Numbered from the stretch's first letter, positions 1 through 10,857 are shown. The stretch: DNA of 64,000 nucleotides from a virus (IMGVR_UViG_3300008267_000092:24022-88021); one strand, 5' to 3'. Notes: generated by a model from the letters alone, not told the origin. Program-made: numbers and translations.

Positions 1-4
1 TAAA

Positions 5-3000
5 ATGTTTACAGGAGATGTTGCATTTTATAAGAATATGATTGATTATAAAAAACGTGTACCTGCAACATATACGGATGGATTACAGTTGCGATTGAAA
101 AAAGGTGAAGAACATTTTACAGTAGCTACAATTGATAAGGTAGAAATAGGTTCACCATACCATAAGGAATTAGTTGAAATGTTAGGTGTTGAAGGTGCTA
201 AACCATATAGTGAAGGTAAGATAAATTCTGCGGATGCTCAAGCTTGGATAACACCTAAAAGGTGGAAGTTTTTAGTTGAACGTTTAGGTAAATGGACTTC
301 GGATCACGACTCATTGTACACTAAAATGATGTCTGATGGTGATCAGTCTTATACAGCTAAAGAATTAAAGATTGCAGCGCAACCTTTAAAAGGTGTATAT
401 TTTTATATGAACGGTAAAACACCAACGTATCTTAAATACTCACAAGCTGTATTGACACCTAGTATGTTAAAAAACTCACCTGGTTTACGATCTATTTATA
501 GTCAAATGGATAAACAAGGTGTTGACGAATTAATTACATTAGATGGCTTTAAAACAGGTTCTCCAAGACCTACAAGAGTACATAATGTTGACGGTACAGT
601 AAAATCTGAAATATCATTTAATACTGAACAGTTATCAAACTATGGTTGGAAATTACAACAAGATTTACCTGTTAAAACATTTAAACAAACTGACGTAGGT
701 TCTCAAATTCAAAAAAATATTTTTGCAGGTTTAATTCACAATTTAGAATTAGCAGGATTTAATTTAGATGGTTCTGAAACAAACGGACAAACAATCTCAG
801 ATAATATTGTAAATATTGTTTCAGGTTTAGTAGATAAAGGTATTTTAGACATTAAAGAGGAATTTGATGTATTTAGAAACGGTGAAATTAAAAACATTAA
901 GGGTTTTTATAAAGCACTTGTTCGTGAGTTGGAAAAAAGAGGTGGTTCTAAGAATGTTATAGACGCTTTAAATAAACAAACTGCATTATATGGTATGCCA
1001 CAATCAATGGATAAGATTGTTAGTGTATTTTCATCTATAATGAATGATCGTTTAATTAAAATTAAAACAAACGGTGGTGCATTTATACAAATGTCTAACT
1101 TTGGTATATCTAAAGAAGAAGGTGATAGTAAAGGTATTTTATGGAACCCTGATATTGAAAATGGTAGTACAACTTATGAACCACGTATTTATACTAAAGA
1201 AAATGGTCGTAAAAGTATAAAACCTGCAGGTATATTAATTTCAGGTTCATTTATTGCAAAATATATTCCTGATTATAAAAAATATAGTGCTGAAGAACTT
1301 TTTAAAGGTAAAGATGGTAATCCACCTATTATTGATAAAAAAATATTAGAAAATTTAGTTGGTTATAGAATTCCTAATCAAGGACTGTCATCAAATGATG
1401 CTTTAGAAATTATAGGTATTTTACCTGAAGAAAACGGTGATACTATTGTAGCATATACAGGTATTACAACTAAGACAGGGTCGGATTTTGATATTGATAA
1501 GATGTACTTAATGATGCCTAATTATTCTTTAGAGGATGATAGATTGGTATATACTACATACGATTCAACGTTATCAAATAAAAAACAATCTAAAGAAGCA
1601 TTACAAAATAGGTTAATTGAACTATATAAATCAGTTTTAACACATCCAAAAGTTATTAAAGATGTAATGACACCTTTAGATAATGATGTCTTAAAAGACG
1701 ATATCGTAGACTTAATACCTTCAGAGTCTTCAGGAACAATGTTTCATTTTGACGCATTTAATGATATTAAATTACGATATGAGTTTATTAATGGTAAAGC
1801 AGGTGTTGGTCAAGAAGCTAATGCTGTAGTTGATGTTAATAGACCTGGTAATTTAAGTATTAATAAATATAATATTGGATGGGGTCATGTTAATGAAAAA
1901 GGTGATACTAAATTAGATAACGAGTATTCTGAAGCATTATCTGAACAAGATTTAAATTATTATAAAGATGCACTTGTTGATATAAAAATAAAAGAGCTTG
2001 AAAAGAAACAGATGCATGTTAATAACGATGTTAGAGAAAAGATAAAAAAAGAGGTTTCTAACTATGTTAATAACGCAGTTAAAAAAATAAAAGTTGGTGA
2101 TTCATTAACTGCGATTCTTAATGCATTTGTGGATATTGCAAAAGATCCTTATATTACAAGAGGTAACTGGACAACATCTACTACAAATACAGGTAACTTA
2201 CTTATACGTGCAGGTGTTCACCCTTTATATGTTACGTCATTTATGGCACAACCTATAATTAAAGAATATATTGAGTATCAAGCAAGTAAAGAATCTATTA
2301 TTACAAAGAATACAGGTGATATTAAAAATAAATTTAAGAAGAATTTAGCAGTAAAGAATCTTGAAAAATTAAACGATAAACATCCTGAGTTATTGAAACC
2401 TTTAGAATTGATTTATCAAAAATTTGCTAAGTCTAATGGTGCTATAAATCCTTTTACAGCATCAAACGCGGCAGAAAGACTTCAAAAAATGTTAGGTAAA
2501 AAAAATACACTATCTGGTGAAGAATTAGAAAATGTATTGATAACATTAAAACGTGAACATGATAGAGTATTTAATGCTGAAAAATTAAATATTACAGATA
2601 GAAAAACTTATAATTTACAACATTATCGTGAACAAATAAAGAATGAGGCTTCTGCAGATTTTCAAATTGCGATATTAGATAAGTTTTACGAATTACAGAC
2701 CGTTAGTAAAGTAGTTAAAGAAAATGTAGATATTTCTAAATTAGATACTAATGGTATGGGTAAAAATGTTAATTCATTATTTAGCACCTTTAATTTAATT
2801 AAACACGTTTTAGATAAGGAGAAAACAGATAGAGTTGGTGTACTTAACGGTTTGGAATCTAAATTTGAAAATACAACTTTAGCTGTATATCATAAAGGAT
2901 TAAAAGAAATTTTAAGAATTGTTCAAGCAAATCCTTTATTATTTCCTCAAGCGGATAATAAAGTTCAAACAATGTTTAATGAGATATCTAATGACCTATA

Positions 3001-6000
3001 TGACACACCTGCAATTGATAAAGATTTAGTAAATGATTTAGAAAAAGAATATTATACTTATGTAATGTCTAATTTTACACCATTTAATTTAAGTTCTGTT
3101 GAAATAAGAAACTTATTAAGTGAATTACCTGTTGAATTTGAAAATTTTAAAAAGGCAAATAAAGGTAAATATGTGGTTATAGATGAGCTTCTAAATAAAT
3201 TTGATAAAAATTTTAAGTTAATAACTTTAAATAACAGAAAAAAATCAAGTTCTTTTGAAGAAAAGTTTACAGATTCTTGGAGAGATTTAATTACAGATCA
3301 TCCTGAATTTGCAGAAAATTTAATTAAATATTCATTTTTAACTTCAGGTTTTCAAATGAATACTAATCAGTTTTTTACATATATTCCCCATGAGTATTTA
3401 TTACAAAATAACATAAATCAATTTATTGTTAATTTTTCTAGACAGGATCAATTCGATTTCCTTGATAAATTTTACTTAAATAACACTGATAATTATAAAT
3501 ATGTACCTAAAGTATTTGATTCTGAAATTCAATCTGAAGATTTAACATCAGGTTTCACTTTAAAACAATCTGATAAAAGTGAAACAGGTAAAGCTCGTTA
3601 TTACGTATCGAGAGATGCTGGTGGAGGTATTTATAAACTAGAAGGGTATGATTCATTTAATAGAGCAATTTATACAAGAATTAAAGCATTAGGTCAAAAA
3701 CGTAAAGGTAGTACAATTGTTGAATATGGTGATCAATTTACAAAATCAAATCTTGAAACTAGTCCTGAATATATCACAAGATTAAAAAATTCAGTAGTTA
3801 CTGAACGTGATAAATATAATCCTAATTTTACTTTAGATAAAATTGCAGATAGAGAAGAAGATGATTCAACTAACGGATTAACTATAGAAGAACCTACTCA
3901 ACCATCTACTAGTATTTCTGAGTTTGATATAGCTGATAAATTATCACCTATAGAACAAAACTTTAAAGATGGTACAGGTGGTAGAAAAATGCAACCACAG
4001 TTTAAAGGTAAATCTACTATGGATCTTATTATATCAGGAGATAGAACTAGAACTACTAGAGCTAAAACTGATATACAAAGAATGACTAAAGATTATGGTT
4101 TATCTAAAATATCAGATCTTGTTGGTAAAGTTATAAGAATGACTGATAATACAGGAAGACAAGTATATACTATGATTACTAATGTAGTTCCATTTACACA
4201 AGAATATCAAGATGCTACGTGGCAAAATGAAGGTTGGGAAAAGTCTGTAACAGATAAACATGTAAATGATTATCCTTATGCAATTGAATTTAAAGTTGTA
4301 GATAAACCTACTCAACCATCTACTACTCAGGTAGAATCAGTTACGACTGAATTAACTCCAGGACAATATGTTAAATATAATGGTGAAACATACATTATTG
4401 TAAAACAGAATGCAAATGGAACATTTCAGATTTTAAATCCTACTTTAGAAGGTCCTTTATCTAAAATATCAGTTTCAAAAGAAAAACTTCAAGCAATCGG
4501 TAAAGAGGCAAAATTGGTTACCTATAAAGGTGTAGAATATTTAGTTACACCTAATAATACAATTATATCTACAGTTACCAATAAGGCGATGAATTGGACT
4601 GAAAATGATGGTAATAGACGTGCTATTTTAGAATTAGCTAATAACAATATCAAATCGTCCGATAAAATTGAAATTCCAACTGTTGAAAAAACTGTAGTTA
4701 GTAAACTTCAAGAAGTTACGATTTTTAAACCTGCAAATAAAGAGCAAGAGGTTGCAATTGAAGCTATTAAGGATTTTATTGAAAATGGTAATCCTAAAGA
4801 GATATTTACTTTAGAAGGTAAAGCTGGTACTGGTAAAACAACGTTAGTTCAAGAGGCATTAGCAGATTCTGTAGAAAAAGGTAAAAATATTCACATTGCG
4901 GCATTGTCACATAAAGCAAAATTAGTTTTAGCTCAAAAATTAGAACAAAGATTTCCTAAAAAAATAAGTAGTAGTAGTATTGCTGGTTTATTAGGAATGA
5001 AAATGAATGAGGAAACTGGTGAGTTTGAAACAGGATTTAGTGAGTTTGAAAGACCTGTAGAATCTGCAGATATTATTGTTATCGATGAAGCATCAATGGT
5101 AAATGAAGAAGCATTATCTTTAATTATGAGTGAAAAAAGATATGGTACTAAAGTTATATTTCTAGGTGATAGAGGTCAATTACCTCCTATTAGAAAATTA
5201 TCGAGTGATGAAATAAGTACAGTATTTGAATCTTCAAACAAAGCAAGTTTAGTTGAACGTGTAAGACAAGGTGAAGAATCTCCAATATTACCATTTGCTG
5301 ATTATTTTTGGGATAATTCAGAATCTGATAAACCTAAAGCGAATCCTATTCCTGAAGGTCAAATAAAAGATTCTTTAACAAGTAAAGGTAATTTAGTATT
5401 TGTAAATAATTTATTTGATGTGTTTGAGGATGTTGTAAGTAGTTTTAAACAGGGTATAGATTCTGGAAACTTCAACATAATTAAAATTGTAACATATAAA
5501 AATGCTACTAGGCAAAATTATAATAAGCAAATTAGAAAATCAATATTTGGAGAAGATGTACCTCAATTTGTGGTAAAAGATCAAATTATGTTTCAAAATA
5601 ATTACATGTCACAAGGTGTTGAATTTTCTAACAGTGATGAATTTTCAATTGAAGCCGTAATAACTTCTGAAAAAAATGGATATAAGGTATTCGATATAGG
5701 TGTTAAAGTAGATCCTACTAAAGATATAATTACTTATTTTTCAGTATTAGCTGAAGAAGATAAGTCTAAATTTAACGAAGAAGTGGCTAGATTATTTGAA
5801 GTGGCTAAAAAAATGGCACCTGGACAACTTAGGAAAATGGCATATAAAAGTGCATGGGCACTTAAAGCTACATTTGCGGAAATAGATTACTCTTATGCAA
5901 TAACATCACATAAATCACAAGGTTCAACATACGATAATGTTATTGTTGATTTAAAAGATATTTATTCTGTAGGTGCAACCACAAACGCATCTAAATCTCG

Positions 6001-6175
6001 TAGTGCTTATACAGGTTTAACAAGAGCTAAAAATACAGCAATTATTATAACAAGTAAGGCTGAAACTAATAGTGACAATGTTAAAAAAGCTTTAAACACA
6101 ATACCTCAAACAACTTTAACTAAAGAAGAGCAGACAAAGGCTGAAGAATTAAAAAAATATTGTAACCCAAGTTAA
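5..6175 (+). CDS. giant multidomain protein (5' partial, >=2056 aa): N-terminal/central region with RNAP-like DxDxD loop, C-terminal RecD/Pif1-like SF1 helicase domain
   Basis: uninterrupted ORF starting at window edge; SDFDIDKM (nt ~1480-1503) resembles the NADFDGDQM catalytic loop of two-barrel RNAPs; C-terminal GKAGTGKTT (Walker A, nt ~4820-4846), IVIDEASMV (Walker B), GDRGQLPPI, SHKSQGSTYDNVIV (SF1 motif VI-like, nt ~5905-5945). Confidence 0.6.
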   Translation: MFTGDVAFYKNMIDYKKRVPATYTDGLQLRLKKGEEHFTVATIDKVEIGSPYHKELVEMLGVEGAKPYSEGKINSADAQAWITPKRWKFLVERLGKWTSDHDSLYTKMMSDGDQSYTAKELKIAAQPLKGVYFYMNGKTPTYLKYSQAVLTPSMLKNSPGLRSIYSQMDKQGVDELITLDGFKTGSPRPTRVHNVDGTVKSEISFNTEQLSNYGWKLQQDLPVKTFKQTDVGSQIQKNIFAGLIHNLELAGFNLDGSETNGQTISDNIVNIVSGLVDKGILDIKEEFDVFRNGEIKNIKGFYKALVRELEKRGGSKNVIDALNKQTALYGMPQSMDKIVSVFSSIMNDRLIKIKTNGGAFIQMSNFGISKEEGDSKGILWNPDIENGSTTYEPRIYTKENGRKSIKPAGILISGSFIAKYIPDYKKYSAEELFKGKDGNPPIIDKKILENLVGYRIPNQGLSSNDALEIIGILPEENGDTIVAYTGITTKTGSDFDIDKMYLMMPNYSLEDDRLVYTTYDSTLSNKKQSKEALQNRLIELYKSVLTHPKVIKDVMTPLDNDVLKDDIVDLIPSESSGTMFHFDAFNDIKLRYEFINGKAGVGQEANAVVDVNRPGNLSINKYNIGWGHVNEKGDTKLDNEYSEALSEQDLNYYKDALVDIKIKELEKKQMHVNNDVREKIKKEVSNYVNNAVKKIKVGDSLTAILNAFVDIAKDPYITRGNWTTSTTNTGNLLIRAGVHPLYVTSFMAQPIIKEYIEYQASKESIITKNTGDIKNKFKKNLAVKNLEKLNDKHPELLKPLELIYQKFAKSNGAINPFTASNAAERLQKMLGKKNTLSGEELENVLITLKREHDRVFNAEKLNITDRKTYNLQHYREQIKNEASADFQIAILDKFYELQTVSKVVKENVDISKLDTNGMGKNVNSLFSTFNLIKHVLDKEKTDRVGVLNGLESKFENTTLAVYHKGLKEILRIVQANPLLFPQADNKVQTMFNEISNDLYDTPAIDKDLVNDLEKEYYTYVMSNFTPFNLSSVEIRNLLSELPVEFENFKKANKGKYVVIDELLNKFDKNFKLITLNNRKKSSSFEEKFTDSWRDLITDHPEFAENLIKYSFLTSGFQMNTNQFFTYIPHEYLLQNNINQFIVNFSRQDQFDFLDKFYLNNTDNYKYVPKVFDSEIQSEDLTSGFTLKQSDKSETGKARYYVSRDAGGGIYKLEGYDSFNRAIYTRIKALGQKRKGSTIVEYGDQFTKSNLETSPEYITRLKNSVVTERDKYNPNFTLDKIADREEDDSTNGLTIEEPTQPSTSISEFDIADKLSPIEQNFKDGTGGRKMQPQFKGKSTMDLIISGDRTRTTRAKTDIQRMTKDYGLSKISDLVGKVIRMTDNTGRQVYTMITNVVPFTQEYQDATWQNEGWEKSVTDKHVNDYPYAIEFKVVDKPTQPSTTQVESVTTELTPGQYVKYNGETYIIVKQNANGTFQILNPTLEGPLSKISVSKEKLQAIGKEAKLVTYKGVEYLVTPNNTIISTVTNKAMNWTENDGNRRAILELANNNIKSSDKIEIPTVEKTVVSKLQEVTIFKPANKEQEVAIEAIKDFIENGNPKEIFTLEGKAGTGKTTLVQEALADSVEKGKNIHIAALSHKAKLVLAQKLEQRFPKKISSSSIAGLLGMKMNEETGEFETGFSEFERPVESADIIVIDEASMVNEEALSLIMSEKRYGTKVIFLGDRGQLPPIRKLSSDEISTVFESSNKASLVERVRQGEESPILPFADYFWDNSESDKPKANPIPEGQIKDSLTSKGNLVFVNNLFDVFEDVVSSFKQGIDSGNFNIIKIVTYKNATRQNYNKQIRKSIFGEDVPQFVVKDQIMFQNNYMSQGVEFSNSDEFSIEAVITSEKNGYKVFDIGVKVDPTKDIITYFSVLAEEDKSKFNEEVARLFEVAKKMAPGQLRKMAYKSAWALKATFAEIDYSYAITSHKSQGSTYDNVIVDLKDIYSVGATTNASKSRSAYTGLTRAKNTAIIITSKAETNSDNVKKALNTIPQTTLTKEEQTKAEELKKYCNPS

Positions 6176-6177
6176 TT

Positions 6178-6681
6178 ATGGAAAATAATAAGAAAAAATT
6201 ATTAAACGATAAAGTTATTAAAACTTTAAATTACAGAATACAACAAGAAGAATATTCTTCAAGAATTTACGAACAATTATCATTATGGTTAAACAATAAA
6301 GGATATTTAAATTTTGCAGAGTTGTTTAAGAAATATTCAGAAGAAGAATTAGTACATGCTAAATTTTCTAAAGATTTTCTATTAGATTATGGTATTACAC
6401 CTTGTCTTGAAGCGTTACCTTCTCCTGAAATGGAAATAGAGTCATTATTAGACGTTTTAGAAGCAGCTTATGAACATGAGCTATTAGTTACTCAACAATG
6501 TGAAGAACTTGCCTCTATGGCTTTAAAAGAAGGTAATCACGTGTTATATCAATTAGCATTAAAGTACTGTGCTGAACAACAAGAAGAGATTGGTAAAGTT
6601 ATTACAAATTTAGATATTTATAAACTAAGTACTGACATGTTGGTTATTGACCATTATGTAGGTGAAAAACTGTTAGGATAA
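6178..6681 (+). CDS. ftn: ferritin (FtnA-like non-heme ferritin, ferroxidase-centre residues conserved)
   Basis: 167 aa; collinear similarity to E. coli FtnA from memory (LNYRIQQEEYSS / SEEELVHAKF / YEHELLVTQQCEELA / AEQQEE), with the ferroxidase-centre positions (E, ExxH, E, QxxE) occupied. Confidence 0.8.
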   Translation: MENNKKKLLNDKVIKTLNYRIQQEEYSSRIYEQLSLWLNNKGYLNFAELFKKYSEEELVHAKFSKDFLLDYGITPCLEALPSPEMEIESLLDVLEAAYEHELLVTQQCEELASMALKEGNHVLYQLALKYCAEQQEEIGKVITNLDIYKLSTDMLVIDHYVGEKLLG

Positions 6682-6682
6682 T

Positions 6683-9600
6683 ATGGTGTGTCCAAATAAA
6701 AGATTAAAGGCTTGGAAAGATTTAGTTAAAGTTGTAGGGGAAGATAAAGCTTATCTTTTATGGGATACCCATGAAGGAAATGTCCCACAACAATATTACA
6801 ATGAACAAAGTATTAATGAATCTGCTACTTTGGTAGCAGGTTCTAATATTTCTGAAGAAAATTTATTTCAATCTACTGTAGATTTTAATGATTTAATTGG
6901 AAATACCAACGAATCTATTTTTACAGATGGTTTTGAAAATAAATCAATTGATTCTGATTTAGGTAAAATAACTGATATTTTATTTAATGGTAATGTTGGT
7001 AATTTAAGAGTTGAACATATTTTAAATAATATTATAGAAAATGTACCTGATATTACAGAACATACTGCTGAAATTATTAACAGGTCTAAAAAACTTTTAA
7101 CTCGTGCAAATGTTAAAGTTGAATTAGTTAAAGATTCAGAAATGGTGTCTAATAATACTGTAATGCAGTATGAAGCTAATACAAATACTATTCAAATATC
7201 TTTAGATAGAATAAACCAATTTGATTCTAAAACTGTAGTTGTTGGATTTTTACACGAAATTGTACATAGTTTAACGGTACAGGCATTAGCTAAAGATCCA
7301 TCTAAAAGAACATTTTCAGAACAAGAATTAGTTGATGTTGTTGAAAACTTTTTAAAAAAATATAAAGACAGTAAATTAACTGAAGAATACGGTTTTAAAG
7401 ATAGGTTTGAATTTGTTGCAGAATTTTACGCAAATCCTGAATTTAGAGATGCTGTTAAAGCTGAATCAGATATTTGGTGGAAAAAAATAGTTGATGCTAT
7501 TAGGAGATTATTTGATGTTGCTAAAAATCCTGAATACACTAAATTATTTGACACTATTATTAAATATGTAGAAAATGATAATGTTGATTTAGAACATATT
7601 GAAAATTTAGATATAATATTTAGAAAAGAAGCAGAATATAAAAAACCTGAATTTGTTACATTTCAAGATAAATTAGATCGATTAAGTGGTAAAGCTATTG
7701 ATAATATTGCACAAGCTAGAGCTCGTACAGCAGCTTCTAAGAAAGCTAAATCTAAGAAGGATCAAAAGACTCATCTAAAGAATATTGATGACTTAATTGA
7801 GGAAATGGATAAGCTTAGTGAGATTAATAAATTACAAGTAATTGCTCAATATACAAATACATTAGCTAAAACGATTTATCAAATAGATAATGGTATGAAA
7901 CGTCTTTATACTAAAACTAAAGATTTTAGAAAAGAGGATTTACTTCCATTATTACAGAGTTATGAAGAGTACTTATTAGCTTACGATTTAACGAATGAAA
8001 TTAATGAACTTCTTGCTGCTTCTCGTAGAGAACTTAAAGTATTATCTGAAGAAGATCAAAAGTCATTAGATGAGATACGTAAAACACTTTCTTATGCTAT
8101 AAGTAGACGTGATGAGCTTGTTAAAGAATTTGTTGATTTAAAAAGAGAACAAGCGGTTAAGGTTTTTGCTAAACCTGAATATAATACCCAAGTTGAAACT
8201 GATTTTAGAAATAGATTATACAAGGAATATGCACAATTAAATATTCAAGGTGAATCGCGTGATCAGTATGTATCACGAATGTTAGCTACAAGAGATAAAG
8301 ATGAATATGAAAAAGCATTAGTTGCTTCTGCTGAAAAAATGATTAACAATCCTTCTTTAGATATAAGTTCTTTTAAAGCAAAATTTTCGGATCATTTAAA
8401 TATTAGTAGTAAACTTATTCAAATTATAACCAATATTACAAGTGCAGTAAGAGAAAAAATTACATCACAGTATAAGGATTATGATTTAATGTTAAATGAC
8501 CTGTTTAAAGATTTGGTAAAAGAAAAAGGTAATAAAAAACCTTCTGAGGCATTTAAGAATATATATGAGCAAGATAAAGACGGTAATTATTTCTTTAAAG
8601 GTGTGTATAGCATTAAATTTAGAGATATTTATTTAGAAGAATACATTCCATTAAAACAAGCGTTATCTGAAATTACTGAAAAATTAAAATTGCAGGGATT
8701 AACTAAAAAAGAATATCTTACAAATGATGAATATAAACAAGCTGATGCAAATGCAAAAGCTTGGATGAAAAAACATACACTTAAAGATCACAATGACCCT
8801 ACAGGTAAAGCTTGGTATCCTAGACCTATTTATAAGAATGCTGAGGTTACAGGTATGGATAAACAAGTTTTAAAAGAAGCAATCGCTTTAGCTAAACTCG
8901 GACATAAAGAATTTAAAGGTAAAAGGTCGTTAATTAGAAAAACAGGTAATGTCCAATTTTATAAGTTTCCAGCTATTACAAAATCTAATTTTGAAAGAGC
9001 TGTTGAAATGGATGCAAAAGGTATTGTTAAAGATATAAAAGCTGATTTAACTGAAATTAGACCTGATGATATAGGATATGGTGAACCTGTATCTAAAACA
9101 GGTGAATCTTTAAAAAGTATTAAAGTGCATTTTAGAGGTGAATTGAGTCCAGACCAACAATCTTTAGATGTTCTTTCAATACTTCGTAAAGAATATTTAA
9201 ATGTTATTAGTTATAAAGAAAAGTCAAAAGAAGAGGCTTCTATCTTATTAGTTGCTGATATTTCTAAAAATAAAGAATATCTACAAATATCTAAAAAAAC
9301 AGGATTACCATTATTAAATGCTTTTAATAAAAATGAACCTATTGAAACAATGTCAGGTGAATTTACAAATGAGTATTTGAAAATTAAAGGTATTATTGAA
9401 AGAACGGTATATGATACATTTCACGAACATGGTGGTAATTTTAGTGGTGTAGATATAAATAAAATTACAAGTTATGTCAATGGTATGACAGCTACAATCG
9501 CGATGTCTTTTGATATCGCATCAGGTACAGCAAACGTACTTAATGGTTTTACACAATTATTTATTGAATCCGTAGGTGGTGATGTATTTAGTACAAAATC

Positions 9601-10804
9601 ATTACTAAAAGCAGAGGCTAAATATACTTCAGATATGCCTAATATTTTACGTGATTTAAGTAGCCCTGTAAAAACTTCATTTACAAATCAATTATTAGAA
9701 ATGTATGATGTTTTTGGTGGGTTTGACCCTGCAACTCAAGAGTTTATTAGAAATAGTGTTGCTAAAAAATTAGCATCTAGACAAACATTAAATGGTTTGA
9801 ATGAGATGGGTGAACATGCTATGAACTCTGTAGTAACAATGAGTGTATTAGATGGTCTTAAAGTAATGAATGCTGAACATAAATATATTGACAAAGATGG
9901 TAAAATTGTAGATTCTGAAAATGAAGCAGCATCGTTACTTGATATGCTTATATTTAATGACAAAGGTAAGTTGGTAATGAGTGATAGTGTTAAATTTACT
10001 AAACAAAATTTAACTGTCGATTATCATAAGGGTGGTAAAGTTCACGTTAACTTATTAATCAAAAATAAAATATTTGATGTATTTGGTGTATATGATAACA
10101 ACTTTAAAAATGAATTTTCAAAAACTGTATTAGGTAAACTTACGATGATGTTTAAAAACTTTTTCCTAAGTGCTGCACAATATAGATTTACAGGTATTCA
10201 AACATCTTTAAAAAGTAAAGAAGATTTAACTGATGATGATTTAAATTATAACACAGCTAAAAAAGAATATACTGAAGGTACTTATGTCACGTTAATTCGA
10301 TATTTTAAAGAAGCTGTCATACCTGCGTTAAAAAATCTTGAATTAATGTATGTTAAAGAGGTATATAGTGGACTATCTGATCATGAAAAAGCAAACCTTA
10401 AAAAAGTAACGGTTGAAATAATGTTAACGTCTATTATTATACCTGCAATAGGTGCATTGATTGCATCGGCTGCAGGACCAGATGATGATGAAACATGGTT
10501 TATGGTTTATCAATTACGAAGACTTGAATCAGAATTATCTCAATTTAGAAACCCAATTGAGGCAGGTAAGATTATTACAAATCCTATTGCTGCAGTAAGA
10601 TTACTTCAACATGGTTTAAGTTTTGCGTATGAAGTTGCAACACCTTTGGATTTTGCACCAGATAAAGGTGATCATTTCTTTTCATATTTAAATGAAGATT
10701 CTAAACATCAAAACATTTTACTTAAAAAAGGTAAAAAAATAGTTCCAATTTGGTCAAAAATGGATCGTGATTATAAACAACTTTATTCACTTATTAATAA
10801 GTAA
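6683..10804 (+). CDS. giant protein (1373 aa) with HExxH zincin-like metallopeptidase motif and C-terminal hydrophobic segment; probable virion/ejection protein
   Basis: long ORF; VVGFLHEIVHSLT (HEIVH) at nt ~7250-7270; predicted TM helix IMLTSIIIPAIGALIASAAG near C-terminus; coiled-coil-rich central part. Confidence 0.5.
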   Translation: MVCPNKRLKAWKDLVKVVGEDKAYLLWDTHEGNVPQQYYNEQSINESATLVAGSNISEENLFQSTVDFNDLIGNTNESIFTDGFENKSIDSDLGKITDILFNGNVGNLRVEHILNNIIENVPDITEHTAEIINRSKKLLTRANVKVELVKDSEMVSNNTVMQYEANTNTIQISLDRINQFDSKTVVVGFLHEIVHSLTVQALAKDPSKRTFSEQELVDVVENFLKKYKDSKLTEEYGFKDRFEFVAEFYANPEFRDAVKAESDIWWKKIVDAIRRLFDVAKNPEYTKLFDTIIKYVENDNVDLEHIENLDIIFRKEAEYKKPEFVTFQDKLDRLSGKAIDNIAQARARTAASKKAKSKKDQKTHLKNIDDLIEEMDKLSEINKLQVIAQYTNTLAKTIYQIDNGMKRLYTKTKDFRKEDLLPLLQSYEEYLLAYDLTNEINELLAASRRELKVLSEEDQKSLDEIRKTLSYAISRRDELVKEFVDLKREQAVKVFAKPEYNTQVETDFRNRLYKEYAQLNIQGESRDQYVSRMLATRDKDEYEKALVASAEKMINNPSLDISSFKAKFSDHLNISSKLIQIITNITSAVREKITSQYKDYDLMLNDLFKDLVKEKGNKKPSEAFKNIYEQDKDGNYFFKGVYSIKFRDIYLEEYIPLKQALSEITEKLKLQGLTKKEYLTNDEYKQADANAKAWMKKHTLKDHNDPTGKAWYPRPIYKNAEVTGMDKQVLKEAIALAKLGHKEFKGKRSLIRKTGNVQFYKFPAITKSNFERAVEMDAKGIVKDIKADLTEIRPDDIGYGEPVSKTGESLKSIKVHFRGELSPDQQSLDVLSILRKEYLNVISYKEKSKEEASILLVADISKNKEYLQISKKTGLPLLNAFNKNEPIETMSGEFTNEYLKIKGIIERTVYDTFHEHGGNFSGVDINKITSYVNGMTATIAMSFDIASGTANVLNGFTQLFIESVGGDVFSTKSLLKAEAKYTSDMPNILRDLSSPVKTSFTNQLLEMYDVFGGFDPATQEFIRNSVAKKLASRQTLNGLNEMGEHAMNSVVTMSVLDGLKVMNAEHKYIDKDGKIVDSENEAASLLDMLIFNDKGKLVMSDSVKFTKQNLTVDYHKGGKVHVNLLIKNKIFDVFGVYDNNFKNEFSKTVLGKLTMMFKNFFLSAAQYRFTGIQTSLKSKEDLTDDDLNYNTAKKEYTEGTYVTLIRYFKEAVIPALKNLELMYVKEVYSGLSDHEKANLKKVTVEIMLTSIIIPAIGALIASAAGPDDDETWFMVYQLRRLESELSQFRNPIEAGKIITNPIAAVRLLQHGLSFAYEVATPLDFAPDKGDHFFSYLNEDSKHQNILLKKGKKIVPIWSKMDRDYKQLYSLINK

Positions 10805-10810
10805 AAGTCA

Positions 10811-10855
10811 AAAAAAAAGGGGTAGTCTACTTAATTGTAGCTACCCCTTTTTTCA
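10811..10855. terminator. bidirectional rho-independent terminator at the convergent junction of + and - blocks
   Basis: aaaaaaaaGGGGTAGtCTACttaattGTAGCTACCCCtttttt: GC stem flanked by A-run and T-run. Confidence 0.65.
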
Positions 10856-10857
10856 TT

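Noticed and set aside
4112-4315. 67-aa minus-strand ORF inside giant ORF1
   Set aside because: Antisense to a long, clearly coding ORF, with low-complexity AT-codon composition. The same applies to 9736-9963 inside ORF2.
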